Source of the DNA: Klebsormidium nitens
Lineage: Eukaryota; Plantae; Klebsormidiophyceae
DNA: 41,016 nucleotides
Assembly: GCA_000708835.1 (NCBI GenBank)
Contig: DF237665.1
Span: 1-41,016 of the forward strand
Direction of reading: 5' to 3'
The translations under genes were made by a program, and so were the position numbers. Under the pieces are notes generated by a model. It did not search any database, was not told the origin of the DNA, and was given only the letters and a program-made list of their open reading frames with translations. Of the stretch, positions 1 through 11,448 are shown piece after piece (positions within the stretch are counted from its first letter, which is position 1; each line of letters begins with the position of its first letter).

Positions 1-954
1 TATGCCTCTGACAACGAACTTGCTTGCAGAGCTTCCCCGTCTAACCATCTACATCTATACTCGGGAACTTTACTCCAGCCAAGTCCGATCCAGCTAACTC
101 CGGCCCGATTTCAAAGGTCCGACGTGGACAGAAGTAAGCCAGCGTGGCAATATGCTTTCTTGCAATTGGGTTTGCGGTCAGCAGTCAAACCTTAGGGGTA
201 GGTACCCGGGGGCCAGACATGAGCCTGGCCGGACCAACCGTGCCACTTTTCCGGTTCAGTGTCCCAACACTTGACTTGCGTTGCACAGACTACCGTAGAG
301 CCACGGTATCGGGGTACCGTACCTACTGCCGAGCAGTCCTACCTGGCCTGGGCACACTCCACTGCCCAGTTGGATCCTTTAAGGTCCCAGTTCTTAGACC
401 CGACGAGACTCCAAATCACCGGGGATGAAATGGAAGACCCCGAGGCTCGAGCGCGAGCAAGATCGACATGATAAAGGTACACATGGTTAGTATCAACATC
501 CCGTCCTTCACATGATATACTGTAGACAGCTGCTTCAACTCCCTAACCAAGCCTTAACCCCTCTGGCTCATCGGCGACAGGAGCACTCGGTACGCAGACT
601 TCTCTGTGCTCAGTAAGTGTGACTCGGTGCAACCCCTGCCCGGGGTACTGTTAAAGTATTGCCACGCTGGCTCAAGAAATCGGCCAGGAGTTAGCTGGAG
701 CAGAGTTAGCTGGAGTAAAGTTCCTGCGTATCTACATCTGAAATATGGCATAAAACCTCCAATCTCCTTGCGCCACGTGTCCCCCCTTCCGGACCGAACG
801 GTGGCTTGGAAAACCCGCCCAAAGTTTGCCCCGACCGGGTTGGTATGTGCAGTTGTCATATACGTGTCACCTTTCGCATATACGTGGCGCTTGCCCGCTC
901 AATTTCGGTCCGGAGCCCAGCCAGCTGCGGCCCGCTACGGCCCGGCCCGCTACG

Positions 955-1248
955 TACCGTAGTCCAACGTGATCATTCCGAACGGATTTTCCAAGTAATA
1001 ATTTCCGACAATCCGACCAGGAATGCGGAATTACTTATGCGGATTCCGACCAGAATGTGAATGCCCTATGTTCATACTTGAAGACGCATTTTAGGGCTGA
1101 TTTGAGCAGTTTTTGGCCTTCCGAAGCCTATTTCAGAATAATTTGATCTTTCCGAATCTCCACTTTCCGAACGGGAAACCTGAATTTCTGACTTTGCGAA
1201 TGCAAATAATTATTTATTCATTCGGAATCATTAGCTTGGACTACGGTA
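955..1248. mobile_element. MITE-like non-autonomous DNA transposon, probable TA target duplication (Tc1/mariner-like)
   Basis: Perfect 13-bp inverted repeat TACCGTAGTCCAA (955-967) / TTGGACTACGGTA (1236-1248), whose outer TA fits a TSD. The similarity extends imperfectly inward (ATTCCGAA/TTCGGAAT). The non-coding interior has several TTCCGA repeats. Confidence 0.6.
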
Positions 1249-2179
1249 GTACGGGGCCCTCTGCGGCCCGCTATACTCTGCGGGCCGATGTGATCAGTCC
1301 GAAAGCTCAGATGGAGGGCTATAAATTCCAGATTGTCAAATCGAATTTCTCATTTCCATTCCAGCATAGCCCAGGCAGCGCAACTAACACCGAGCAAAAC
1401 AGCCCATACTTGCGAGCAAGCGCCCAATTCTAGTATAAAAGTAGCAAGCGATCGCCCGCCGTTGACAAATAGAAACAGGCTCGAGCAGACCTTGAAAACT
1501 CGGCAAGTCTTTGTGAGCCATGCAAGTCGAATTCTCAGGCTGCAGCACAGACGAAGAGCAGATCTAAAGAAGCGGGACTCCGAGCTTTTGCAGGCAAGTC
1601 CTGAATCGTGATGATAGGGGAATCTTCAGCCTACTTTAATCTCCTGTTTACATCCACTCCTCTATATGTTTGACGCTAGCGTGTGTGCTGATTCAGGGTA
1701 CCCAATCAAAGCCAGATGGCAGCAGACCTAGATAGAGGATAGTTTGGTTGCCATGAAGAGTTGGTTGCCATGAAGAGTTGCCAGTCTGCCTGTCTGCGGG
1801 GCGCAGTCATCGATCTGAATTATATCCTAGTTCCTTGAAGCAAAAAAGGCGGCTGCTCACACCAGCACTGTGCCGCCAATTCCTTCATTCATTGCTGGAG
1901 ATAGCCTCAGGGTTTGCGCAACATAGCTGCCGAAACCCTCTTTTGCAGGCTAGTTACAGGCCTTCAGTTCAGCATCGGTTAAATCGGAGGTGGTGAGGCT
2001 TGGGAAAAGAGCTGCAGAAGATGGGATGAGACCAGCCGCTGAGCTCTTGTTAGCCAGCACAAACAGCCTGCTGCCTGCCAGGTGAAGATGGGGCGTTTAA
2101 CCTGGTGGCTTCACCGTTCCTTGCTGATGGCTTAAACTTGAGCTGGAATTTTTGCTCTTGCTGATTGCTTGAACTCGAG

Positions 2180-2330
2180 TAGGAAGTGTCCAAAGCTGTC
2201 CAAGCTCGCGGGGCTTGCTGACAGCAGGAATCCCTCATAGCCGACTTCGTCGACTCGGGCATGATCTGTCCGAGTTGTCCAAGCAAGCTCTAGGCTAAAA
2301 AACCGTGCCGTTGGGCTTGCTGATGTCATC
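2180..2330. repeat. Degenerate copies of the TGTCCAAG-doublet / TGACGTCA bipartite motif
   Basis: TGTCCGAG-TTGTCCAAG at about 2267-2283, followed by the variant palindrome TGATGTCA at 2321-2328. A further TGTCCAAAGCTGTCCAAG lies near 2187-2204. Confidence 0.6.
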
Positions 2331-2960
2331 AATCCCTTGCAGCTGACCGCTTGCAAACCAAAAAGCGAACGCTTGCAAGTCAGCAGATACGGTATCTAGT
2401 GTTGAATGTCATTTTGCAATGCCGGGGTTGCTGCGCGTTAAGACGTCAGGTCATTTGCATCACACTCTGTTACTGATAAAAAGGAAAGGTATCCAACATG
2501 GTGTCTCCACAGTGCATAAATTTTCACCAGACCTGTACCACTCTTACTGTCAATAATAGGATGTCCTGGACTCAATGCGTCGTACTATACTTGCAGAACA
2601 GCTGGTGAAGCTTCCCATCTAGCACAAGCAGCGAGCTATCACAAAGTTGTCTCTGAACCAGCTCCTTAGGCTTTTCACCCGGCCTCAGCGCACACTGCAC
2701 AAGTTGGCAGGTAAGCGCACTCAACTGTTTGGCTGTTTTTTGCGCACACGTTGCGCATCTAATCTATTTTTCGCTGCTGCTCAGTATTGATGGTATGCTT
2801 GATTTGAAAGCTAGTCGACAGCTCTCACTATGCGTTTTTAAGTGCTGGCAACTGTCGCTACATGGGCGGTTCTTGTCCACTTACATCCACAGAGTTCATT
2901 GAAAGCCTAGTTGGCATACGGTCCTTAATGCCCAAGCTGTTAAGCCAAACATCTCGCTGA

Positions 2961-3017
2961 TGACGTCAGCAATCGCAGCCCACACAATCGTTTCGCCAGA
3001 CCTTGGACACTTGGACA
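2961..3017 (-). repeat. Bipartite motif unit (TGACGTCA-33 nt-CTTGGACA x2)
   Basis: TGACGTCA 2961-2968; CTTGGACA 3002-3009 and 3010-3017; linker exactly 33 nt. Confidence 0.85.
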
Positions 3018-3055
3018 AGCCGTCAATCTGACCGAGTGCATACTTCCGGCTGCAG

Positions 3056-6000
3056 ATGTCCGAGCTTTTATCCACTCCTGAAGAGTCAACTGCCTCGGGT
3101 GCCGCAGCAATGGACGACGGATCCGATACAGAATTCAAGGCGCTTTTTGCAAAGAGGCGCAAGCGGCAAAGGAACTTTGGTCCCCATCAGAGACACGCCC
3201 GTGTCATCTCATCTCCAAGTGTATCCCCTCCTCGGAGCCGCAGGCAAGGAGCACAGGACGGCGAGGGGGGTGCTCAGAACAGGGGTGCAGGCGGGGCACC
3301 CCCATCACCTGGGGTATCAAATCAAGATGCACCCTCTGCCCAAGCAGAGGATTCACAAGAACACTCTAGCACCCCCCCAGCCGATGCCCCTGCGCTGAGG
3401 AGTTCCACTCCATCTCCCCCCCTTGCTGCATCGCAGGCAGAGTTCTCTCGTCAGGTAGGATTCATGCTATCATTCTCACTACGTTAATCCGCACAGTGTT
3501 TGTAGCTAGATCAATCTGCTCTGCAGGTCGAATTCATCAGTTCTGACGGTGGACAATCTGTCCTAAGTGTCCAAGGTCTGAAGTAACACTTCAACTGCTG
3601 GGGTTTGCTGACGTAGTCACACGGCCAGGTTGCAGGCATCTGTCTTAGTGTCCAATGTTTTGGACTAAAACTCCGGCTTTTGAGTTTTGCTGACGTCATC
3701 ACACCAAGGTCGTTCTGAACTATCACCTGACATGCTGTAGGCATCTGTCCAAGTGTCCAAGGTCTAGACTAAAACTCCGGCTGTTGAGTTTTGCTGACGT
3801 CATCACACCAAGGTCTGTTTTGAACTTTCACCTGACATGCTGTATTGCTTGACGTCATCAAATGAAGGTCCGATTTTATGATATCACCTGCTGACATTTG
3901 CTAATCTCACTACACAGGAGGCAGAAGAAGCAGAGGGGACGGAGGGGGAGGACATAGAGGATGTGGAATACAATCGGGTTGAAGAGCCTGAAGACGAAGA
4001 GACCTCTGAAGACCGGGACATGATCGACGACTCCACTCAAGATCAAATTGCCCCCGTGGTCGCTTATGCTGTTATGAACGTGGCAATGGACAACGCAGGA
4101 ATCGGCAAGGAGAGGCAAAGGCGGGAAGGGGAGCTTCAAACCACTGAGAGAGCTCCTACTCAGAGCCAGAGCCCAGAAGCAAGGGACAGTCGGACTGGAG
4201 GTGGGGCGGGGGTCAATTGGACCAGGGGTGCGGGCACTGGCGTTACCAGCAGCTCCCCAGCTGATGCGCTTGCACGTGGGAGTCCATCTTCCGAGTCAGC
4301 TGAGGATTGGGGCGAGCCCGAGCCACCTCTTGACTTCTTAGAGGACTTTGAGGACTCAGACGACTCGCTCCGCGAGTACTTCACAGTCTGCCGCATCATT
4401 GACGAACCCGCAGTGAGGAGAACGACACCATGCCCTCAGGTAGGAGTCCTCAACGCCACTCTCCCTTGGTCCTTGGAGTTGAGTCCAGGACAGTCATACG
4501 ACGATCAGCGGTTTCCTACGGAAGAGAGTGTGTGCTGAGCTTAGATAAAGTGGGCCCCCTGTGTCAGGTTGACAGGTTGCTGACGTCATCATACCGGTTT
4601 CCAGAGATCCTGTCACTCAGAAGTGGCAACATTGGCAGCCCAGGCAATATGTCAACACGTTGAAGGTTGGTCTCGCTTCTCAAATTTGAACTTGTTGGGC
4701 TGTCCATGTGGCAAATGGGTTTCCTAATGGTTTGTTGGCCGTGTATGCTGACGTCACCGCTCTGACTCTGGGAGAATGCTCACAAAGCTTTGACAACTTA
4801 AACAGCTGATTAACCGGGGGACCTTTTGATCATCTTGCTTTCATAAGCCTGAGGTTGATGGGCTGTCCATGTGTCCAAGGTTTTGCTCAAATCTCTTGTG
4901 GCATCGTTTTGATGACGTCATCCCAATCTGCTGCAGTCAAAGTTTCAATGAGCACTTAGGATTAGTAACTAGCAAGATTCTTAGCAATTGACCTGAAACA
5001 ACTTTTTTTTTGGGCCTGCAGGGACCAAGCCCAGCTGTGGATCCCATCTTGGCTGCTGCCCATTATTTCCACGAACTTGGCATCGTGACCATCACTCACG
5101 ACCTCCGAGAGAAGCTCCTTTCGAACGGCCAGGTCATCAAGTATCCCTGTAGTTGGGCATGCTCCTCCAAGCCCTGGAACGACGCGAACCTCGGCAACTG
5201 CCTCCGAGAGTTCGCCAAGCCAGGGTGCAATTCCATCTCCATCGTCACAGAAGAGTCAGACATTTATGCAATCGACGTGGACGTGAAAGACGGGGGCTAT
5301 GAAGCACTCCAGCAGATGCTAGACGAGTATGACAATTTCCCTGACGACACGCCTTGCCTAACCACCGGCAACGGGGGGCTGCACATTCTCTTCTCCCTTT
5401 CTCAATCTGAAGAGGCTGGTCTGCTCAACTGCAGTAACAGGGCCCGAATCCGATACAAGGGCAAAGCAGTGGGCATCGATGTGCGCGGGAGGGGGGGAGT
5501 GCTGTACACCGCACCTAGCAGCTATGCGGCTCTAGATGGCACCCTCAAGTCCTATAAGTGGGACCAGGAGATTCTGCCAGACCGCTCTAATCTCAGGGCC
5601 CTGCCAGACTGGCTCGTGTCCATCCTGAACGACAGCGGCAAAGCACCGAGAAGGGGTGTGGAGGTACCTCGGGATGGAGCCATGGCGGGGTGCGTTTTAC
5701 TGCTGCATAGTATGCTACAATTGCCTTTGTTGTCTTTGGTCCCCCAGGTTCGAGCAGGGCACTGTACGAGCTGTCCAATCTGTCCAAGCTCCAGATCAAA
5801 CTTTTCTGGTTGCAAATTGCTGACGTCATCAAGCACCTCTCGTTAATGTCGATCGGATGAGGGCCTAATCGAGTTGTCTACGCCGTCCAAGCTCCAGATG
5901 AAAATTTTCCTGGTCGCAAATTGCTGACGTCATCAAGCCACTGTCGTTAACTGCGTCGATTAGGTGGACAGCCCGGCCTTGAGAGCTTGACACTCTGTCT

Positions 6001-9000
6001 AGTGTCCCTTGTAAGGGAGAACCGTTCCTCATAGAACGGGTGTCTTTCAAACTCAGAGCTGGCCATGGCTATTTGAAGCCGTTCGAATTTTATGCAAAAC
6101 TCGTGACAGTGACCACCAGTGGACGCTGATCATTGTCCGTTCAATGACGAAAAGAGGGTTTATATGAAGTTTCGAAGTCTCACAGAATATCTCTATGATC
6201 GGTTCGCTCTCTGCTTGCTTGCTTCTATTTTGGTGTCTGATTCATCTTCTTCACTTTTTCCAGTGCCTTGATGTCTGCAGAAGATCTCTTGCTCACAAAG
6301 TGGTGTGCATCGAGAACGTCTCCAGCTTTCTTCTCTTCGGCGTTGACATGAGCTCTACTTTCATTTTCTGCAGCGAGTCGCAGGCTGCACCTGCACCTTT
6401 CGGACCTCCTCGTCCAGTCGAAGACCCTCAGCGGGCCCCTCCAGAAGCGGTCCTTGAGCGCATCAAGGCCCGCGTGGCGGCCACTGGCGACAACGCCTCC
6501 CGCTTCGATCGCCTCAAGGTGGGCGTCAAAGGGGCCATGTACATCTTTCGAGTGGACGGCCCTCGACGCTGCCCGTATGGCAATCACCACGACGGCTCCA
6601 ACAACTTCTCCGTGCTGGTGCACCACAGAGACCTGCTCTACTGCTGCAACAGCTCGGAATGCCAGGGAGTCCGTCCCTTACTGAAGATTGAAGAGCTCAC
6701 GCGCTTAGAGGCCATGATTGGAGGCGAGACGCGTGCGTTCTGTGCTAACGACGTCAGCGCGATCGACAGCCTGCACAAGAGCTTCGTCGACCATTGGGCA
6801 TTTGAGGGCGATGTCGGTGGCAGTAAGATCGTTGCTGAAATGTACAAACGCTGCGGCAGGTAGGCACAATGTTGACTGGAGCTGTGCTTCTGAGCTCGTT
6901 TCAGTGTAGGCGTTTGTGATTGCTCTTAATCTCTTTAGACGGTGCTGACGTCATCGTGCGCGACTCCGATAGATCTTGCGCAAAAGCTTGGACACACGGA
7001 CAACTTGACCTCTCTGTCGATCTGTCCAAGTGTCCAAGGTTCGATACAAAGTTTTTGTGGCAGCAAAATGCTGACGTCATCATATGGGCTCCAAAAAACC
7101 TTGCGCTGGACGCTTGAACAGTCGGGGGTATCTTCAATTGAGTATCGATTAGTGCTGCCATTGACAGCAGTGCGGGTTTAAGAAGAGCCAGCTCAGCAAG
7201 CAAGTTTTGGCCAAGTGTCCGAGGTCTGGCGAAAAGTCCTGTCGTTGTAGTTGCTGACGTCATCTCAGAGGGGTCTCCTTTTTTTGGGAAAAGCTTGGAC
7301 ATCTGGAGAGCTGGCAGTATCCAGTCAGTCTTAACGGTCTGTCCAGGTGTCCAAGGTCTGGCAAAGATTGCGTGCTTCAATTTATGACGTCATCAGCGAA
7401 CAGCCTGTCAACGATATTGACCCCCTGTTGTCTGCTGCTTTGCAGGTTGTGGTTCGATGGTGAAAGCTGGCACTGCTGGGATAGGCGGCGCTTCGTAACA
7501 GATTCAAAGAGCGCATTCTTTGTGAAGAATGTTCTCATTAACCAGCTAAGGATCGTGTACAAGCGATTGAGAGACGAGTTAGATGCAGCGATCGAGGCAA
7601 CCGCTGACGAGGAGAAGCGGGAGGCGCTGACACAGCAGCTTAAGCGCCTGCGCACGTACAACAATTGCCGAGTGATGTCCAGCACTTTGGAGCTCGTTCG
7701 GGGGGAGCTTTACGTCGCCGATTTTGCTCAGCAGCTAGATGCGAACCCAGACATCCTTAATGTGAAGAATGGCGTGCTCCTTTTGAAGACAGGGGAGCTC
7801 GATCTGCACAGACCCGAATACATGTGCTCTAAGATTGCAGAGACGAATTTCATGGTAAGCCCCTTCTGCCTGGACTGAGCACTGAGCCCGTGATAAAGCA
7901 TGCAGTTAGACTTAGCAGTTAGGCTTCAAAAGTTTGTTCCAGGGTTGCTACATCTTCTCTTAACTGGGGCGTGCGGATGAGGCTCTGGCTGCAGCATTAA
8001 TGTTTGCAACTGGAACCGCCTTCTGAATCTCGTTGTGGTGCACGCTGTAGTCTCCACTCCTCCTGCGGTCGCTCATCAGATTGTTGCTTTGTTCTTTCGT
8101 GAAAGGCACCGAGCAAGTACAGTCCCGTTCTGAGGTCGAGCTTGTTTCTTTCTGCAGGGGATCGAGTATCCCACTCCGCTCGTTGATACCTTCCTTGGCG
8201 ACATCTTCAACCACAACTCTGAGCTGCTGGACTATGTGCGCAAGCTGTATGGCTACGCTCTAAATGGTCATACTCGAGAAGAAATCTTCGTGCTCTTGCT
8301 CGGAGCTGGAGGTGAGCTTTGGATTCGGTTTTGAAGGGCCCACCTTGTTTATTGGTCCAGAACGTTGTGGTTTTCAAGGAGTGGCTCCGTGGGAACGAAT
8401 CCACCATGGATTACTTGAAAGGAACGACGCCGTTGAGATTGCCCCTGAGTTCCGTTTCGACTTGCTCTTCCGTCGTCAATCAATTTGCTGTTTAGGTTGT
8501 CATAAGGTCTGTAAGGTTACAGCGTCGACATCTGGCCGAATTAATTGGCTACATCGCTCTTTTGTGCCTGAGTCACCTGCTCCCCAGTCTTGCCTCTACT
8601 TGAACTGTTGCAGACTCCCTAGGCCTTCGAAATCCAAATTGCATCTCGAGTGTTTCTTGTACAAGGTGCGGCCTTTAAGTTTGCGATGTAGCGAGCCAGT
8701 GTTGTCAGTGTTGCGAACAGCGCAAGTAAGCGATTGCTCAGGGATTCATCCATTTTGAATTTCTCTATGCAGGAAACGGGAAGGGGGTTCTGAAGGAGAT
8801 GCTGCAAGCGGCAGTCGGCGATTACTATGGCGGTATGTCCAAGGATGCGGTGGTTACAGCTCCCGGCCAAAAGCCTTCCTCGAAAAACGCCCCTACCAAC
8901 TATCTCTTTGAGCTGATGGGCGTGCGACTCGCTGTTACTGATGAGACGGCAGAGGGCGAGCGCGTGGATTTGGGGCTCGTCCTAGGCATGACCGGGGGCG

Positions 9001-9590
9001 GCAAGACAAAGGCGCGCTGTCTTCATGCCAATAACGTGGAGTTCACCATCACCCACACGCCCTTCGTTCAGACGAATTATCCCCCCGCAATCTGCGCAAC
9101 TGCAATCAAGGAAAACGTTCGGCGCCGCCTTCGAGTGATTTCGTTTCCCAATAGCTATGTTGGTGCGGACGCCTTCGATCCCACCAACGCAACCCACCGC
9201 CTCAGAGATGACGGCTTGAAAGGTCGCATGAAGGAAGAGGAGTCTCTTCGCCAGGTACTTTCGTGGATCGCCCGCGGTTCAGCCGAGTGGTACGCTAGTG
9301 CAGACGGACTCGGGCCTCCTCCCCAGGCGGTGAAAAGCGCAACGCGTGAGTACTTCAGCGAGGCCGACAAGCTGCAGTTATTTATTGATCAGCATTGCGA
9401 GGTTGGAGAAGGGCTTTCGACTTTGCAGACCGAATTCGCCACCCTTTATCGCGAGTTCTCCTCGGAGAGAATATTAAATGAGGCATTGGCAAGAAGGATG
9501 GAACAGAAGGGCTTCAAGAGGCTAAAGAATAATGAGTCGCCACGCCAGTTTTACTATCCAAAGATCAAGTGCGAGTACACAGTTTGTTAG
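3056..9590 (+). CDS. Spliced bifunctional primase-polymerase / D5-like SF3 helicase (virus-derived) with a low-complexity N-terminus; about 1139 aa in my model
   Basis: Exons 3056-3454, 3918-4439, 5022-5663, 6384-6859, 7446-7854, 8158-8311 and 8773-9590 sum to 3420 nt. All junctions are GT-AG and phase-compatible, with no internal stop. Prim-Pol motifs: AIDVDVKDGG, TTGNGGLH, GIDVRGRGG..APS. Cys/His cluster: CPYGNHH..NF..CNSSEC. D5_N-like: LDANPDILNVKNG. Walker A GAGGNGKG spans the last intron; Walker B-like LAVTDE; MTGGG..AR. The 5' end and the intron-3 junctions are the least certain parts. Confidence 0.85.
3560..3857 (+). repeat. Tandem (~100 bp period) array of the bipartite motif in intron 1
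   Basis: Palindromes at 3609 (variant), 3691, 3795 and 3850; TGTCCAA boxes at 3568, 3649 and 3754; linkers 33, 34 and 33 nt. Confidence 0.85.
4581..4920 (+). repeat. Bipartite motif copies in intron 2, just upstream of the Prim-Pol exon
   Basis: TGACGTCA at 4581, 4749 and 4913. TGTCCAAG 4872-4879 is 33 nt from 4913. Confidence 0.8.
5771..5932 (+). repeat. Two tandem bipartite motif units in intron 3
   Basis: Boxes 5781-5788 and 5884-5891; TGACGTCA at 5821 and 5925; linkers 32 and 33 nt. Confidence 0.85.
6946..7392. repeat. Four bipartite motif units in both orientations in intron 4
   Basis: TGACGTCA at 6946, 7072, 7255 and 7385; linkers to the nearest box 33, 33, 31 and 29 nt. Confidence 0.85.
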
Positions 9591-9847
9591 GTTAGGTCTT
9601 TGAGGCTTGCACAGCACGCTAGACAAATGAGATCAAGGTGGTCTTTCAATGCAACCGGGGAGCTCTCTGTTTGTGCCTTTTAGATTGGTATGCCATGTAA
9701 ATAAATGATTGAACGATAGATTGTGTATAAACTGTTTCCAATAATGAATTGAGGAAGTTTAGCCTGCCAATGGTAAGGAGTCAGTGAAAGCCTTGCAGCG
9801 CACAAATTGTCTGAGCTCAGAGACACCTGATCTCTAGAATTTCAGCA

Positions 9848-10313
9848 TGACGTCAGCACTTCAGTACCGGAAAAGTTTGTGCAAAAGCTTGGACACTTGG
9901 ACAGCTCGAACATGCCTTGCGCGAGTCCACGTGTCCAGGCTCTCATGGAAAGGTCTGTCGGAAGCCCATATGATGACGTCAGCATTACACAGCCACAAAA
10001 AGTTGTGCAAAAGCGCTTGGACGGCATGGACAACTCGAACACGCCTTGCTCGAGTTCATTATCCAGTATCGATGACGACATCAGCTCTTTGTGGCCATGA
10101 AATATCAGTACCAAACCTCGGACACTTGGACAGATCGTCAGGCCCTGGGTCGAACTGTTGTTCGGAGCCCATATGATGACGTCAGCACTTTAGTACCGCA
10201 AAAAGTTTGTGCAAAAGCTTGGACACTTGGACAGATTCTCAGGCCCTAGGTCCGGCTGTCCAAGTGTCCAAGCTCTCGCATATAGTTTTTCGGAAGCCCA
10301 CAAGATGACGTCA
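9848..10313. repeat. Array of five bipartite motif units downstream of the helicase gene
   Basis: TGACGTCA at 9848, 9974, 10177 and 10306, plus the variant TGACGACATCA at 10073. CTTGGACA/TGTCCAAG doublets lie 32-34 nt away. Confidence 0.9.
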
Positions 10314-10536
10314 GCACTCGGATGCCACGCAGCCAAGCCCAACCTCTGAAAGACCGTACGACATTTATATTTTATCAAGACACCTATATACACCAGGGTT
10401 TTGAGTACGGCACCCATAAAGACAAGGTCGGCAGTTTGAGGACCATGCCGCTACGTCTCTACCCTAGCAATAAAGTAGTACGAGCAATGGCACATTCGGC
10501 TGGTGTTCTTTCTATCTACTGTCGCATGCAAGAACG

Positions 10537-10881
10537 TTATGGTGTGCATTTCTCGTTCGTCATACGTTCTCCGTTCTGACCTTCGTACCTTTTACTTTCC
10601 GCCTTTACCAAGTTTGCGATTTGTTCCCCTTGAAGATGGCAACCATCAACCAGCAAATGGATCGCTGCATGTTTCAATAATGTGATGATCTCATGTAGGT
10701 GGAAATTCGAGTCTTTAAAGACGAATTCGCAATTCCGATAATGCTCAGCCGGTTTTACCGACAAGCGCATAAGTTTTTCATACAGGTCATCCAGCGTAAA
10801 AGCTGTTGCATCTGCATTTAAATCGACAGCTTGTCGTATCAGAAGTGCCAATCCGACTTTCATAAGATCTATGCTTTTCAA
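10537..10881 (-). CDS. Hypothetical protein, divergent from the zinc-finger gene; possibly a degraded longer ORF
   Basis: ATG-initiated 114-aa ORF with globular-looking composition, head-to-head with 10981 (about 100 bp apart). No family recognised. Confidence 0.4.
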   Translation of the reverse strand: MKSIDLMKVGLALLIRQAVDLNADATAFTLDDLYEKLMRLSVKPAEHYRNCEFVFKDSNFHLHEIITLLKHAAIHLLVDGCHLQGEQIANLVKAESKRYEGQNGERMTNEKCTP

Positions 10882-10980
10882 TGCTAGCCCTACTCGCAGA
10901 ACGTGTTTATAGTGCTTAGTATTGGTACCGTCGGACAGAGACTCGCAACGAGCTAAATCGATTGCCTTGTTGAAGACGAA

Positions 10981-11448
10981 ATGGCAGACCCTTCAAGCGG
11001 TTCCTCCGACGTGCCAGAAGCAGCCACGCAACATTGGGAGAGGTGGGAGGGCCGCTACATCTGTCTCGAGCAGCATTTGATTCCTTCCAAAGATGCGGCA
11101 TGCTTCAAGAATTTTGCATCGAAGCAGGCTCTCGAGGCCCACCGTTCGAGGACCGGTTGTGAACCGGCAAAGCTGCCCAGCGACCGCCCCATCTCGCGGC
11201 TGCAGGGTCTGACTCCGGAGGCAGCTAAGCGCGTGAAGCAGCGGAGCAACCAAGTGGCCGTCTCTAGGTACAGGTGGACACCAGAAGGAGAGCGCGCAGT
11301 TTTTCGTGCTCGTCATATTGCGAAGTACCGCGTTCTCGCCCTGTCTGCGGTGCCCACAGCTCCAGAACCCGAAGCACCAGAGTATGTGCGGCCGCCAATA
11401 TCCCGGCCGTTAGCAGATGCTCAATTCAATCCCGACGAGGTAAAATAG
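10981..11448 (+). CDS. Small putative DNA-binding protein: C2H2/C2HC-like zinc finger plus a bZIP-like basic segment without a leucine zipper
   Basis: Intact ATG ORF of 155 aa. Zinc finger-like C-x12-C-x-K-x-F-x5-L-x2-H-x5-C (CLEQHLIPSKDAACFKNFASKQALEAHRSRTGC). KRVKQRSNQVAVSRYR fits the N-x7-R basic-region pattern. Confidence 0.6.
   Translation: MADPSSGSSDVPEAATQHWERWEGRYICLEQHLIPSKDAACFKNFASKQALEAHRSRTGCEPAKLPSDRPISRLQGLTPEAAKRVKQRSNQVAVSRYRWTPEGERAVFRARHIAKYRVLALSAVPTAPEPEAPEYVRPPISRPLADAQFNPDEVK

Noticed and set aside
1744-1782. 17-bp tandem duplication (AGTTGGTTGCCATGAAG), and similar micro-duplications at 688-717, 30181 and 31740
   Set aside because: Isolated slippage-type duplications with no wider pattern.
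144-2900. Short ORFs in the first 3 kb, including a possible extra 5' exon of gene A (donor at 2711)
   Set aside because: No recognisable domains; the candidate exon contains a TAG and does not join exon 3056 in frame.
4370-4439. Chromodomain start (YFTVCRIIDE)
   Set aside because: The resemblance covers only about 10 residues; the aromatic-cage remainder is absent and the exon splices into Prim-Pol.
9848-10313. CRISPR array (conserved boxes separated by ~33-nt variable segments)
   Set aside because: The linker joins two different boxes, units switch orientation, neighbouring linkers are clearly related to each other, and no cas-like gene is visible.
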